From Dongiaceae bacterium (GTDB taxonomy: Bacteria; Pseudomonadota; Alphaproteobacteria; SHNJ01): 64,000 bases of DNA. A model generated the notes under the pieces. That model was not told where the DNA came from. It saw nothing but the letters and a program-made list of their open reading frames with translations, and searched no databases. The stretch is from contig JBFXCK010000002.1 in NCBI GenBank assembly GCA_050182275.1, positions 86,397-150,396 of the forward strand. Reading direction: 5' to 3'. Of the stretch, positions 9,540 through 17,270 are shown one piece after another. Within the stretch, counting starts at the first letter, position 1, and every line of letters starts with the position of its first letter. The position numbers and the translations under genes are program-made.

Positions 9540-10070
9540 ATGACGAAAACCAAACGCAAAGCGAAAACCCAAGCGAAAAAGAATTTCACCGCGCAAACCG
9601 CGCGCATGGCTAAAAATGGCGAAGCCCTTCAAGAAGCGATGAAGACGGCCCAAACCAATTATGAACGGGCTTTGGCGGCCTCTAAGGACCATATGTCCAA
9701 GGCCAGCACCACCATGTTCAGAGGCTATGATGAATTTGCTTCGCTCAGCAAAGAGAATTTGGATGCCATGGTGGCTTCCGCTCAATTATCCGCCCGTGGC
9801 GCCGAAGAAATCTACGCCGCGATGTGGTCTTGGGCGCAATCTTCCCTGGAAAGCACCGTCAGCACCGCCAAGGGCATGATGGATTGCAAGAATATCCAAG
9901 ATGTTGTTGATTTGCAAAGTTCCTACATGCGCCATTTCATGGACAATTGCATGGCCGAAGGCCAGCGCTTGGCCGAAATGTCGTTGCAAGTAACCAACGA
10001 AGCGATCGAGCCGGTAAAGGCGCGCGCTAATGATACTTTGCAAAAAATCTTAAAGCCTTTAGCCGCTTAA
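9540..10070 (+). CDS. phaP: Phasin-family PHA granule-associated protein
   Basis: 176 aa, Ala- and Lys-rich helical protein. The central FRGYDEFASLSKENLDAMVASAQ region is typical of alphaproteobacterial phasins. Confidence 0.75.
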   Translation: MTKTKRKAKTQAKKNFTAQTARMAKNGEALQEAMKTAQTNYERALAASKDHMSKASTTMFRGYDEFASLSKENLDAMVASAQLSARGAEEIYAAMWSWAQSSLESTVSTAKGMMDCKNIQDVVDLQSSYMRHFMDNCMAEGQRLAEMSLQVTNEAIEPVKARANDTLQKILKPLAA

Positions 10071-10092
10071 GTTAGGAGCGCGATTAGAAAAA

Positions 10093-10120
10093 GCCCGGCC
10101 ATGCGCCGGGCTTTTTTGTT
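10093..10120. terminator. Bidirectional intrinsic terminator between the convergent phasin and rlmD genes
   Basis: GCCCGGC-CATGC-GCCGGGC stem-loop flanked by AAAA on the left and TTTTTTGTT on the right. Confidence 0.7.
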
Positions 10121-11481
10121 TAGCTTAATTTTAAAACCGCCAGCGATTCGATGTGATAGGTTTGCGGGAACATATCGATCAGGCGCAAGGATTCGAGCTG
10201 ATACCCGGCTTTGGCGAATTGGTCGATATCGCGCTTTTGAGTAGTGGGATTGCAGCTGATATAGATAATGGTTTTGGCGTTAAAGCCCAGCATTTCGTTA
10301 ATCGATTTATCGGTTAGGCCGGCGCGCGGGGGGTCGATGATTAATAAGGGGTTGAAGCCTTCCGGTAATTGTTTGGCCCAGCCTTTTTGATATAAATCGA
10401 ACCCCAGGCTTTGATAATTTTTAAGCCCATTTAGCTTGGCGTTTTGGGAGGCGAGGGCTACAGCCGCCCCATCGCTTTCAGCGCCGATCACTTCGATTTT
10501 GGGATGGGCCTTGGCAATGGTAATACCGAAGGTGCCAACACCGCCGAAAAGATCATAAATCGTTTCAGGCGCGGTTTGGGCGATAATTTTCATTACTTCG
10601 GTCAACAAATTTGGCAAAAGCGGTACATTCACTTGGAAGAAATTTTCCACGCCATAGCCAAGCCGCACACCATTGATGGTTTCTTCAATGCAGTTTTCGC
10701 CGCGCACCGGGTTTGCTTTAAAATTACGCTGGCGCACCGAAATGCCGGCGATTGAGGGAAATTCGGCGCATAGAATATCGGCGACCCGTTTGACAACGGG
10801 ATGGGCGGGATCCTTTACCTCGAACATCAGCAATTGCCGCTGGCTGCTGAAAGATTCCCGCAAGGTTAGATGTTCCCAAAAAAATTCTTTTGGGCCGCCT
10901 AAATCAGACGAAAGGGTGGCTTGAATGGCCTGTTTGGCGCGCTCTGCGATTTGCCATAAGCTGTTTTGAATTAAGTGGCATTCCTTTAAATCTAAAATAA
11001 ATTGATGCCGCCAACGGGGATGAAGGCCCAGGCGCACCTGGCCCGCATCATCCAGCGCCAGGCCATATTCCATTTTATTACGATAGTGAAAATCTTGCGG
11101 GCTGGTAATGGCTGGCTGTAAAGGAAAGCCGGCGAAGGTTTCGGCCAAGATTCGCTCTTTCCATTCCAATTGCTGGGCGGAAGTCACATGCTGATAAGAA
11201 CAGCCGCCGCAGGCTTTGGTATGAACGCAGCGCGGCGCAATGCGGCTGGGGTGGGGGGCGGCGGTAATATCCAGCCCTTCGGCGTACAAAACACCCTTGG
11301 CCTTTTTATAAATGCGGGCGGTAATGTTTTCATTTTCCGCCGAATGGGCCACAAAAACCGGGCGGCCCTTGTCGTTGCGGCTGAGGCCCCAGCCGCCAAA
11401 CACCATTTTTTCAATGTGATAGGTTTGGTTTTCGGGCTGAAGCGCGGGAATCGGTTTATTCATTCCCGCTATATAAATCAT
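10120..11481 (-). CDS. rlmD: 23S rRNA (uracil-5)-methyltransferase, RlmD/RumA family
   Basis: Fe-S cluster Cys motif CVHTKACGGCSYQH. SAM-methyltransferase motif DLFGGVGTFG. FFQVN motif. Confidence 0.85.
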   Translation of the reverse strand: MIYIAGMNKPIPALQPENQTYHIEKMVFGGWGLSRNDKGRPVFVAHSAENENITARIYKKAKGVLYAEGLDITAAPHPSRIAPRCVHTKACGGCSYQHVTSAQQLEWKERILAETFAGFPLQPAITSPQDFHYRNKMEYGLALDDAGQVRLGLHPRWRHQFILDLKECHLIQNSLWQIAERAKQAIQATLSSDLGGPKEFFWEHLTLRESFSSQRQLLMFEVKDPAHPVVKRVADILCAEFPSIAGISVRQRNFKANPVRGENCIEETINGVRLGYGVENFFQVNVPLLPNLLTEVMKIIAQTAPETIYDLFGGVGTFGITIAKAHPKIEVIGAESDGAAVALASQNAKLNGLKNYQSLGFDLYQKGWAKQLPEGFNPLLIIDPPRAGLTDKSINEMLGFNAKTIIYISCNPTTQKRDIDQFAKAGYQLESLRLIDMFPQTYHIESLAVLKLS

Positions 11482-11484
11482 TTC

Positions 11485-11515
11485 AAAGAAAAAGGGCAGG
11501 CCTTTCGGCCTGCCC
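11485..11515 (-). terminator. Intrinsic terminator downstream of aqpZ (minus strand)
   Basis: GGGCAGGCC-TTTC-GGCCTGCCC stem-loop followed by a T-run on the minus strand. Confidence 0.7.
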
Positions 11516-11535
11516 TTAATCCGAAAGCTTAAAGC

Positions 11536-12213
11536 TTATCTGCTGGTGGAGCAGCTGCCTTTACCCCATTCACCAGTCGATAATTGACGGTGAACGAAGC
11601 CCGCGGCGATTGCGCCGAGGAACGGACCAGCAATGTAGATCCACAGCTTCATCGTTTCGCCGGCGACCAAAGCGGGGCCGATCGAACGGGCGGGGTTCAA
11701 GGAACCGCCGGCCGGGGCTGCGAAAATCATGCCGATCATTAAAGCCGTACCGATCGCTAAGCCAGCGAAGGAGTTATTGCTTTTTTCGCCGAGCATGACG
11801 ATTGCGGTGAAGCATACGAAGAAGGTTGCAATCGCTTCCCAAATGACGGCGGTGCTGTCGGCCAAAGTGGCGGCCGGCATGGTTAAGCCCAAAGTGGTGG
11901 CGGTCGGCATCAAGAATTTGAGCACATATACGGCACATACGGCGCCGATGATTTGCGCAATCCAATAAAACGCCATTTCTTTGTAGCAACCTTTGCAAGT
12001 CATGCATACGGCCAGTGTAATAGCCGGGTTAAAATGGCCGCCCGAAATTGGGCCGAAGCTGTATACCATTACCATTACCGTTAAGCCGAGAATGGCGGGC
12101 GCGAAAGCGGCGATTGATCCGCCACTCATTAAGGCGCCTACCAGGAATAACACCAACGCAAAGGTACCAATACCTTCGGCCAGTAATTTAGAAGTTAGAT
12201 TATTGTTCGACAT
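11536..12213 (-). CDS. aqpZ: Aquaporin Z (MIP family)
   Basis: Two NPA motifs: SGGHFNPAITLA and GGSLNPARS. Six transmembrane segments. 225 aa. Confidence 0.9.
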   Translation of the reverse strand: MSNNNLTSKLLAEGIGTFALVLFLVGALMSGGSIAAFAPAILGLTVMVMVYSFGPISGGHFNPAITLAVCMTCKGCYKEMAFYWIAQIIGAVCAVYVLKFLMPTATTLGLTMPAATLADSTAVIWEAIATFFVCFTAIVMLGEKSNNSFAGLAIGTALMIGMIFAAPAGGSLNPARSIGPALVAGETMKLWIYIAGPFLGAIAAGFVHRQLSTGEWGKGSCSTSR

Positions 12214-12474
12214 GAACGTCTCCTTTAGTGGTTGAGGTTAACAAATGAACTTAAACGAACACCGTTACCCCAGCTTCCAGCGGCAATTGTTTTTTTAGCT
12301 GTTACCTGCAGCTGTAGTGGTGTAGAAAAGCCAGCTACACCATAACTTGTACCACATGTGTGAGTAATTTTTATTCCTGTCAACCGCAAATAACGTATTT
12401 TTGCATACACAGGCCGCATCGTTGCTAAATATCAACTGTGTGCGCCGCAGCAATGGGGTTTTCTGTATTAATCA

Positions 12475-12969
12475 ATGGATATGAGCCGTTTTATGAACCA
12501 AAATTCCTCGCCCGATTGGGTTTTGCATCCGCAATTGGCGGCGGATGCGGTTGCAATCGGCGACTTGCCCTTATGCCGCGTGCTGGTAATGAATGAAGCC
12601 AATTGGCCTTGGATCATTTTGGTGCCGCGGCAAATGCGCGCCAGCGAATATGTAAGGGAAATCTTCGAACTTTCACCGGCCGGGCAGCAGCAATTAACCC
12701 AGGAAATCAGCAAGACGGCGCAGGCCTTGCAACAAGATACGGGCGCTGAAAAAATGAATATCGCCGCGCTTGGCAATATGGTGCCGCAACTGCATATCCA
12801 CATTATCGCCCGTTTTAAAGATGATCCGGCTTGGCCTAAGCCGGTATGGGGGGCAGTGGCGCGTCAAGTAATGGAAGAAGCTCAATTTCAAGAAAAACGG
12901 GGTATTTTAGAAAAACTCTTGAAAATAACATTCAATGCTGATTTTTTGGGCATAAATATAATTAAGTGA
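12475..12969 (+). CDS. HIT-family (histidine triad) nucleotide hydrolase
   Basis: VPQLHIHIIAR histidine-triad motif. The start codon could lie a few codons downstream. Confidence 0.75.
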   Translation: MDMSRFMNQNSSPDWVLHPQLAADAVAIGDLPLCRVLVMNEANWPWIILVPRQMRASEYVREIFELSPAGQQQLTQEISKTAQALQQDTGAEKMNIAALGNMVPQLHIHIIARFKDDPAWPKPVWGAVARQVMEEAQFQEKRGILEKLLKITFNADFLGINIIK

Positions 12970-13155
12970 TTGATTTTAAATTATATAATAATTTCCAAAT
13001 TGACTAAAATTTAATTCCCTTAAGGTAAACTGAAACTAGCCTCAATTAGGGGCAACATTTACCTTGGGGGGAACGATGCAGGATGTGTCGTCAAGGGCTT
13101 GTGCACTGCGGACGCGTAGTGCGGAAACTCTTGTTTTATGTAGTAAAAGCCATAG

Positions 13156-13192
13156 CTGTTACACTTTCCGTGTAACGGCTTTTTGTGTTTTT
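13156..13192 (+). terminator. Terminator-like hairpin with a T-tract in the leader about 170 nt upstream of the first flagellin-like gene
   Basis: CTGTTACAC-TTTCC-GTGTAACGG followed by CTTTTTGTGTTTTT. Confidence 0.4.
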
Positions 13193-13344
13193 AATACGGC
13201 CCAAGGCTGGATCAAGCTTCCCCGCTTGAATCCCCGATGTTTCTTTGCTGCCAACGCTTTTTTCCGTTGCTTCTGTGCCGCGCCCCCCGCGGCCATAGGC
13301 GCGCGGATAAAGCGGTGGCAAGCAAAAACCCCTTATCCGGTTGA

Positions 13345-13793
13345 TGGGAGGGCCTCGCCATGAGCCTAACCATTAACTCCAACCTCGCCGCCAGCATCAG
13401 CACCCGCACGGTTCAACAAACCGACCGGGCGATGAGTGATTCGCTTGCCAAATTGGCAAGCGGCCAGCGCGTTCCGAACGCCCGCTATGACACGGCGGCG
13501 CTTAGCATTTCGGGGCGCATCCGCGGCCAAATAGTATCCTTGCAGGCGGCGGTAACGAATGTGACGCAAGCCAGCAGCTTGCTGCAAACGGTTGATGCCA
13601 CGTATCAACGCGTGCAAGACATGCTGTACCGCATGCGTGATTTATCCACGCAGGCGCAAGGCTCGCAATTATCGACGGTGGAACGCGGCATGCTGAATAC
13701 CGAGTTTCAGCAACTGAAAACCGAGATCACGCGCTTGGCGAATGGTACAACTTTTGGCGCTACTGCTTTGTTTGCGGTTGGTAACATGTCTTT
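13345..13793 (+). repeat. Direct repeat copy A: 449 bp identical to 15222..15670. It covers the RBS and the flagellin N-terminal domain.
   Basis: By visual comparison the nucleotides are identical from tgggagggcctcgccatgagc through ...tttgcggttggtaa. Confidence 0.85.
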
Positions 13794-15240
13794 CCATAGC
13801 GGGACCAATTATGCCTTGGCTGGAAGCCCAATGTCAGTCAATAGCGGCGATTTTAATGGCGATGGCATTCTAGATATTTTATCGGTGGTGGCCACAACAG
13901 CCATTCAACTGTCTTTAGGCAATAGCGATGGAACTTTCCAAGCAGCGCAAACCGTAGTTGCATCGCAATCTTCTATCACTAACTTAGTGCTCGGTGATTT
14001 TAATGGCGATGGCCGCACCGACTTCATTACCAGCGCTGCAACCGGTTTAATATATTTTGGCAATAGCAACGGCACCGTCACCCAAAGCGGGTCGATTGCT
14101 TATGGCGGCCCTAATTCCGTTACCAGTGGCGATATAAATGGCGATGGTATTGTTGATATTATCGCCAGCGTTGGCACCAACATCAATGTTTATTATGGCA
14201 ATGGCAACGGCACTTTCCAATCGGCGGTAACTTCAGCTATTGGCACCGCTTTCAGTCAATTGGTGGTTGCCGATACTAATAACGATACAATTTTGGATAT
14301 CGTGGCGTTGGATAGCGCCAACCGTCAGGTGCGCAGTTTATATGGCAATGGAGCAGGCGCCTTTACCTCGGGAACAGCCAGCGCGACTTTTGGCCAAATC
14401 TTAAGCCGCATGCAAGTCGTTGATATGAATAATGACGGCTTTTTGGATGTGTTTATCGGCGAATCCAACGGTATTTCTTCAACATATGTATTGACCAACA
14501 CTGGCCAAGGAAATTGGAATGCGTCTCAGACCATTACGCTTGGCAGCGTCAATCTTTATGCCCGGGCGGTTGATTTTAATAATGATGGGTTCATGGACAT
14601 TATCAGCGTAAACGATTTTGGCCAAACCTATACCTACCGGCAAGGAACCGGCAATTTAACCTTTGCCAATGCGGTAACTTCCAGCAGCCAGGGTTCTAAT
14701 CTTGGATATGTGGAATATGCGGATTTTAATAATGATGGCCGGATGGATTTTGTCACCCGGGCGGGCAACGGTTTCCGCGCTATTCTTAATCAAGCCACAT
14801 CCGGCTTGGAAGGTTCGGTGCGGGTAGGGGCGGGCGTTGGCAGCGGCAATGATATTTCTTACCGCAGTTTTAGCGTGGCGCTGAATAGTTTGGCGCAGGG
14901 ATTATCTTCCTCGCTTATCACTCAAACCGGCTCGGCAAAACGGGCTACAGAAACAGTCATCGCGGCGATTGATCAATTGTTGCGCTATCGCGCGAATATC
15001 GGCGCTTTATTAAACCGCCTTGAAAAAGTAGGGCAGAATTTAGATACGCTTTTAGAAAATAATGAATTAGCCCGTTCCAGCCTGATGGACGTGGATGCGG
15101 CCGAGGAAATGTCGAAATTCATTTCCTTGCAAATACTAAAAGATGCCGGGATTTCGATGCTGGCGCAAAGCAATGTAACCCACAAAAATATTTTGGCGCT
15201 GCTTGATATCGCGCCCCAAGGTGGGAGGGCCTCGCCATGA
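13360..15240 (+). CDS. Flagellin-family protein, copy 1. The N- and C-terminal helical domains are conserved, and the central variable domain is replaced by a predicted 7-bladed FG-GAP/VCBS calcium-binding beta-propeller.
   Basis: The N-terminus MSLTINSNLA...LAKLASGQRV...LQAAVTNVTQASSLLQTVDATYQRVQDMLYRMRDLSTQA aligns with FliC D0/D1. The C-terminus LRYRANIGALLNRLE...AEEMSKFISLQILKDAGISMLAQSNV aligns with the flagellin C-domain. Seven repeats of the DxNxDGxxD type, e.g. GDFNGDGILDIL and VDFNNDGFMDIIS, each preceded by a G-x-G-T-F FG-like segment. RBS gggaggg. Confidence 0.8.
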   Translation: MSLTINSNLAASISTRTVQQTDRAMSDSLAKLASGQRVPNARYDTAALSISGRIRGQIVSLQAAVTNVTQASSLLQTVDATYQRVQDMLYRMRDLSTQAQGSQLSTVERGMLNTEFQQLKTEITRLANGTTFGATALFAVGNMSFHSGTNYALAGSPMSVNSGDFNGDGILDILSVVATTAIQLSLGNSDGTFQAAQTVVASQSSITNLVLGDFNGDGRTDFITSAATGLIYFGNSNGTVTQSGSIAYGGPNSVTSGDINGDGIVDIIASVGTNINVYYGNGNGTFQSAVTSAIGTAFSQLVVADTNNDTILDIVALDSANRQVRSLYGNGAGAFTSGTASATFGQILSRMQVVDMNNDGFLDVFIGESNGISSTYVLTNTGQGNWNASQTITLGSVNLYARAVDFNNDGFMDIISVNDFGQTYTYRQGTGNLTFANAVTSSSQGSNLGYVEYADFNNDGRMDFVTRAGNGFRAILNQATSGLEGSVRVGAGVGSGNDISYRSFSVALNSLAQGLSSSLITQTGSAKRATETVIAAIDQLLRYRANIGALLNRLEKVGQNLDTLLENNELARSSLMDVDAAEEMSKFISLQILKDAGISMLAQSNVTHKNILALLDIAPQGGRASP

Positions 15241-15670
15241 GCCTAACCATTAACTCCAACCTCGCCGCCAGCATCAGCACCCGCACGGTTCAACAAACCG
15301 ACCGGGCGATGAGTGATTCGCTTGCCAAATTGGCAAGCGGCCAGCGCGTTCCGAACGCCCGCTATGACACGGCGGCGCTTAGCATTTCGGGGCGCATCCG
15401 CGGCCAAATAGTATCCTTGCAGGCGGCGGTAACGAATGTGACGCAAGCCAGCAGCTTGCTGCAAACGGTTGATGCCACGTATCAACGCGTGCAAGACATG
15501 CTGTACCGCATGCGTGATTTATCCACGCAGGCGCAAGGCTCGCAATTATCGACGGTGGAACGCGGCATGCTGAATACCGAGTTTCAGCAACTGAAAACCG
15601 AGATCACGCGCTTGGCGAATGGTACAACTTTTGGCGCTACTGCTTTGTTTGCGGTTGGTAATATGAATTT
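15222..15670 (+). repeat. Direct repeat copy B, the 449-bp partner of 13345..13793
   Basis: Identical sequence. It also supplies the last 6 codons and stop of copy 1. The ATGA overlap at 15237-15240 couples the stop of copy 1 to the start of copy 2. Confidence 0.85.
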
Positions 15671-17108
15671 TAGCAGCAGCACCAATTATAGCCTGGGAGC
15701 TAGCCCTTCCTCTTTTCAGGTGGCTGATTTCACCGGAGATGGATTTGCAGATATTGTAACAATGGATAGTAACGATGATCTGCTAATTAGGCAAGGTGAT
15801 GGCAATGGAGGCTTTGGTCCGGCTTCTAGTATTTCCGTTTTGCTTGCTACTTCTCTCATTGCCGCCGGTGATTTTAATGGCGACGGAAGAACGGATATCT
15901 TCACTGGCGGATCTTTAGCTGGTGTATTTTTAAGCAATGGTAATGGAACCTTTACTTCAGGGGGTTCAATGGCCATTGGCGGGATTTCCAGTCTGAATGT
16001 AGCAGACCTGAATGGCGATGGTTTTCAAGATGTAGTAACCACGATCGGGATTGGCGGCTTCGTCAATGTGTATTTAGGAAATGGTAATGGTACTTTTGCC
16101 AGCGTGTTATCTAGCACTCCGGTAACAGTAGCAGGACAAACAGTTTTAGGCGATGTCAACAACGATGGCATTATAGACGCAATTGTTTACGATTCCGCAA
16201 ATACACGCGTTCAAACATTAATTGGCAATGGCAACGGAACTTTTACCACCGGGGCGGTAAGCGCTAATTTTGGGGCAAATCTGAGTACACCGCAGTTAGT
16301 TGATTTTAATAATGATGGTTTCTTGGATTATTATGTTGGGGATTCGAATGGTATTTCTTCCAGTTATTTACTTATCAATAACGGGCAAGGTGGGTGGAAT
16401 ACCCCGCAAACAATTGCGATTGGCACCATTAATGGCAATGCTTACGCCGCTGATTTTAACGCCGATGGCAATGTGGATATTATTAGCACTGGTGGCGCGG
16501 GGCAGACTTTCTCTTACCGTCAAGGGACAGGCATTATAACCTTCGCTTCTGCTGTAACTTCTGCTGCGCAGGGCGCTACGATCGGGCAAGCACGATATGC
16601 GGATATAAATAATGATGGAAGGCTTGATGTTATTTTAGGAGCAGGTTCGAATCTAAGGGTCATTTTAAATCAGGCCGTTGTAGGATTAGAGGGTTCGGTA
16701 CGAGTAGGATCGGGCGCTGGAAACGGCAATGATATTGCCCTTCGCAGTTTCGGTATAACTCTAAATAATTTATCTCAAGGCCTGGCTTTTTCCGTCATTA
16801 CCCAAATTGGATCCGCCAAACGGGCAACAACAAATGTCATCGCTGCGATTGATCAATTGTTGCGCTATCGCGCGAATATCGGCGCTTTGTTGAACCGCCT
16901 TGAAAAAGTAGGGCAGAATTTAGATACGCTTTTAGAAAATAATGAATTAGCCCGTTCCAGCCTGATGGACGTGGATGCGGCCGAGGAAATGTCGAAATTC
17001 ATATCTTTGCAAATACTAAGAGATGCCGGGATTTCGATGCTGGCGCAAAGCAAGGTAACCCAGCAAAACCTCGTGCTCTTGTTTCAATATGCTCCTAAGT
17101 TTCAATAA
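15237..17108 (+). CDS. Flagellin-family protein, copy 2 (623 aa). Same architecture as copy 1, with a divergent 7-blade FG-GAP propeller.
   Basis: The first 147 aa are identical to copy 1. The C-terminal 80 aa are about 95% identical. Seven DxNxDG repeats (ADFTGDGFADIV ... ADINNDGRLDVIL) are collinear with copy 1 but only about half identical. Confidence 0.8.
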   Translation: MSLTINSNLAASISTRTVQQTDRAMSDSLAKLASGQRVPNARYDTAALSISGRIRGQIVSLQAAVTNVTQASSLLQTVDATYQRVQDMLYRMRDLSTQAQGSQLSTVERGMLNTEFQQLKTEITRLANGTTFGATALFAVGNMNFSSSTNYSLGASPSSFQVADFTGDGFADIVTMDSNDDLLIRQGDGNGGFGPASSISVLLATSLIAAGDFNGDGRTDIFTGGSLAGVFLSNGNGTFTSGGSMAIGGISSLNVADLNGDGFQDVVTTIGIGGFVNVYLGNGNGTFASVLSSTPVTVAGQTVLGDVNNDGIIDAIVYDSANTRVQTLIGNGNGTFTTGAVSANFGANLSTPQLVDFNNDGFLDYYVGDSNGISSSYLLINNGQGGWNTPQTIAIGTINGNAYAADFNADGNVDIISTGGAGQTFSYRQGTGIITFASAVTSAAQGATIGQARYADINNDGRLDVILGAGSNLRVILNQAVVGLEGSVRVGSGAGNGNDIALRSFGITLNNLSQGLAFSVITQIGSAKRATTNVIAAIDQLLRYRANIGALLNRLEKVGQNLDTLLENNELARSSLMDVDAAEEMSKFISLQILRDAGISMLAQSKVTQQNLVLLFQYAPKFQ

Positions 17109-17270
17109 ATATAGGAATTTCAATTAATTATAGTGTCTTCTTTACATCATTGGTTGAGAAACCAATTCCTTGGCGACACGGGGTAACTATTTTGTAATAA
17201 TTGAAGCTTATTCTGAAGATGAAAATAGATGGAAACATGTCAATAATAAGAAACGAAAGAGGAAAGAAAA

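Noticed and set aside
9306-9785. 159-aa minus-strand ORF overlapping the phasin promoter and 5' end
   Set aside because: Low-complexity AT-rich translation. It is antisense to a well-supported phasin gene, and its N-terminus lies in the AT-rich spacer.
13300-13345. Possible sigma54 (TGGCAAGCAAAAACC) or sigma28 (GCGGATAA) promoter elements upstream of the flagellin-like operon
   Set aside because: The sigma54 candidate does not satisfy the GG-N10-GC spacing. The sigma28-like -10 has no TAAA -35 partner at the right distance. Not reported as a feature.
13064-13363. 99-aa plus-strand ORF in the leader upstream of the first flagellin-like gene
   Set aside because: No RBS. The predicted protein is Cys/Arg/Phe-rich and looks like a random translation. 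It spans the terminator-like hairpin. It is more likely non-coding leader or sRNA sequence.
13366-13617. Identical 83-aa minus-strand ORFs at 13366..13617 and 15243..15494, antisense to the flagellin N-domains
   Set aside because: They are identical only because they lie within the 449-bp direct repeat. They are antisense to a clearly coding region and have no independent support.
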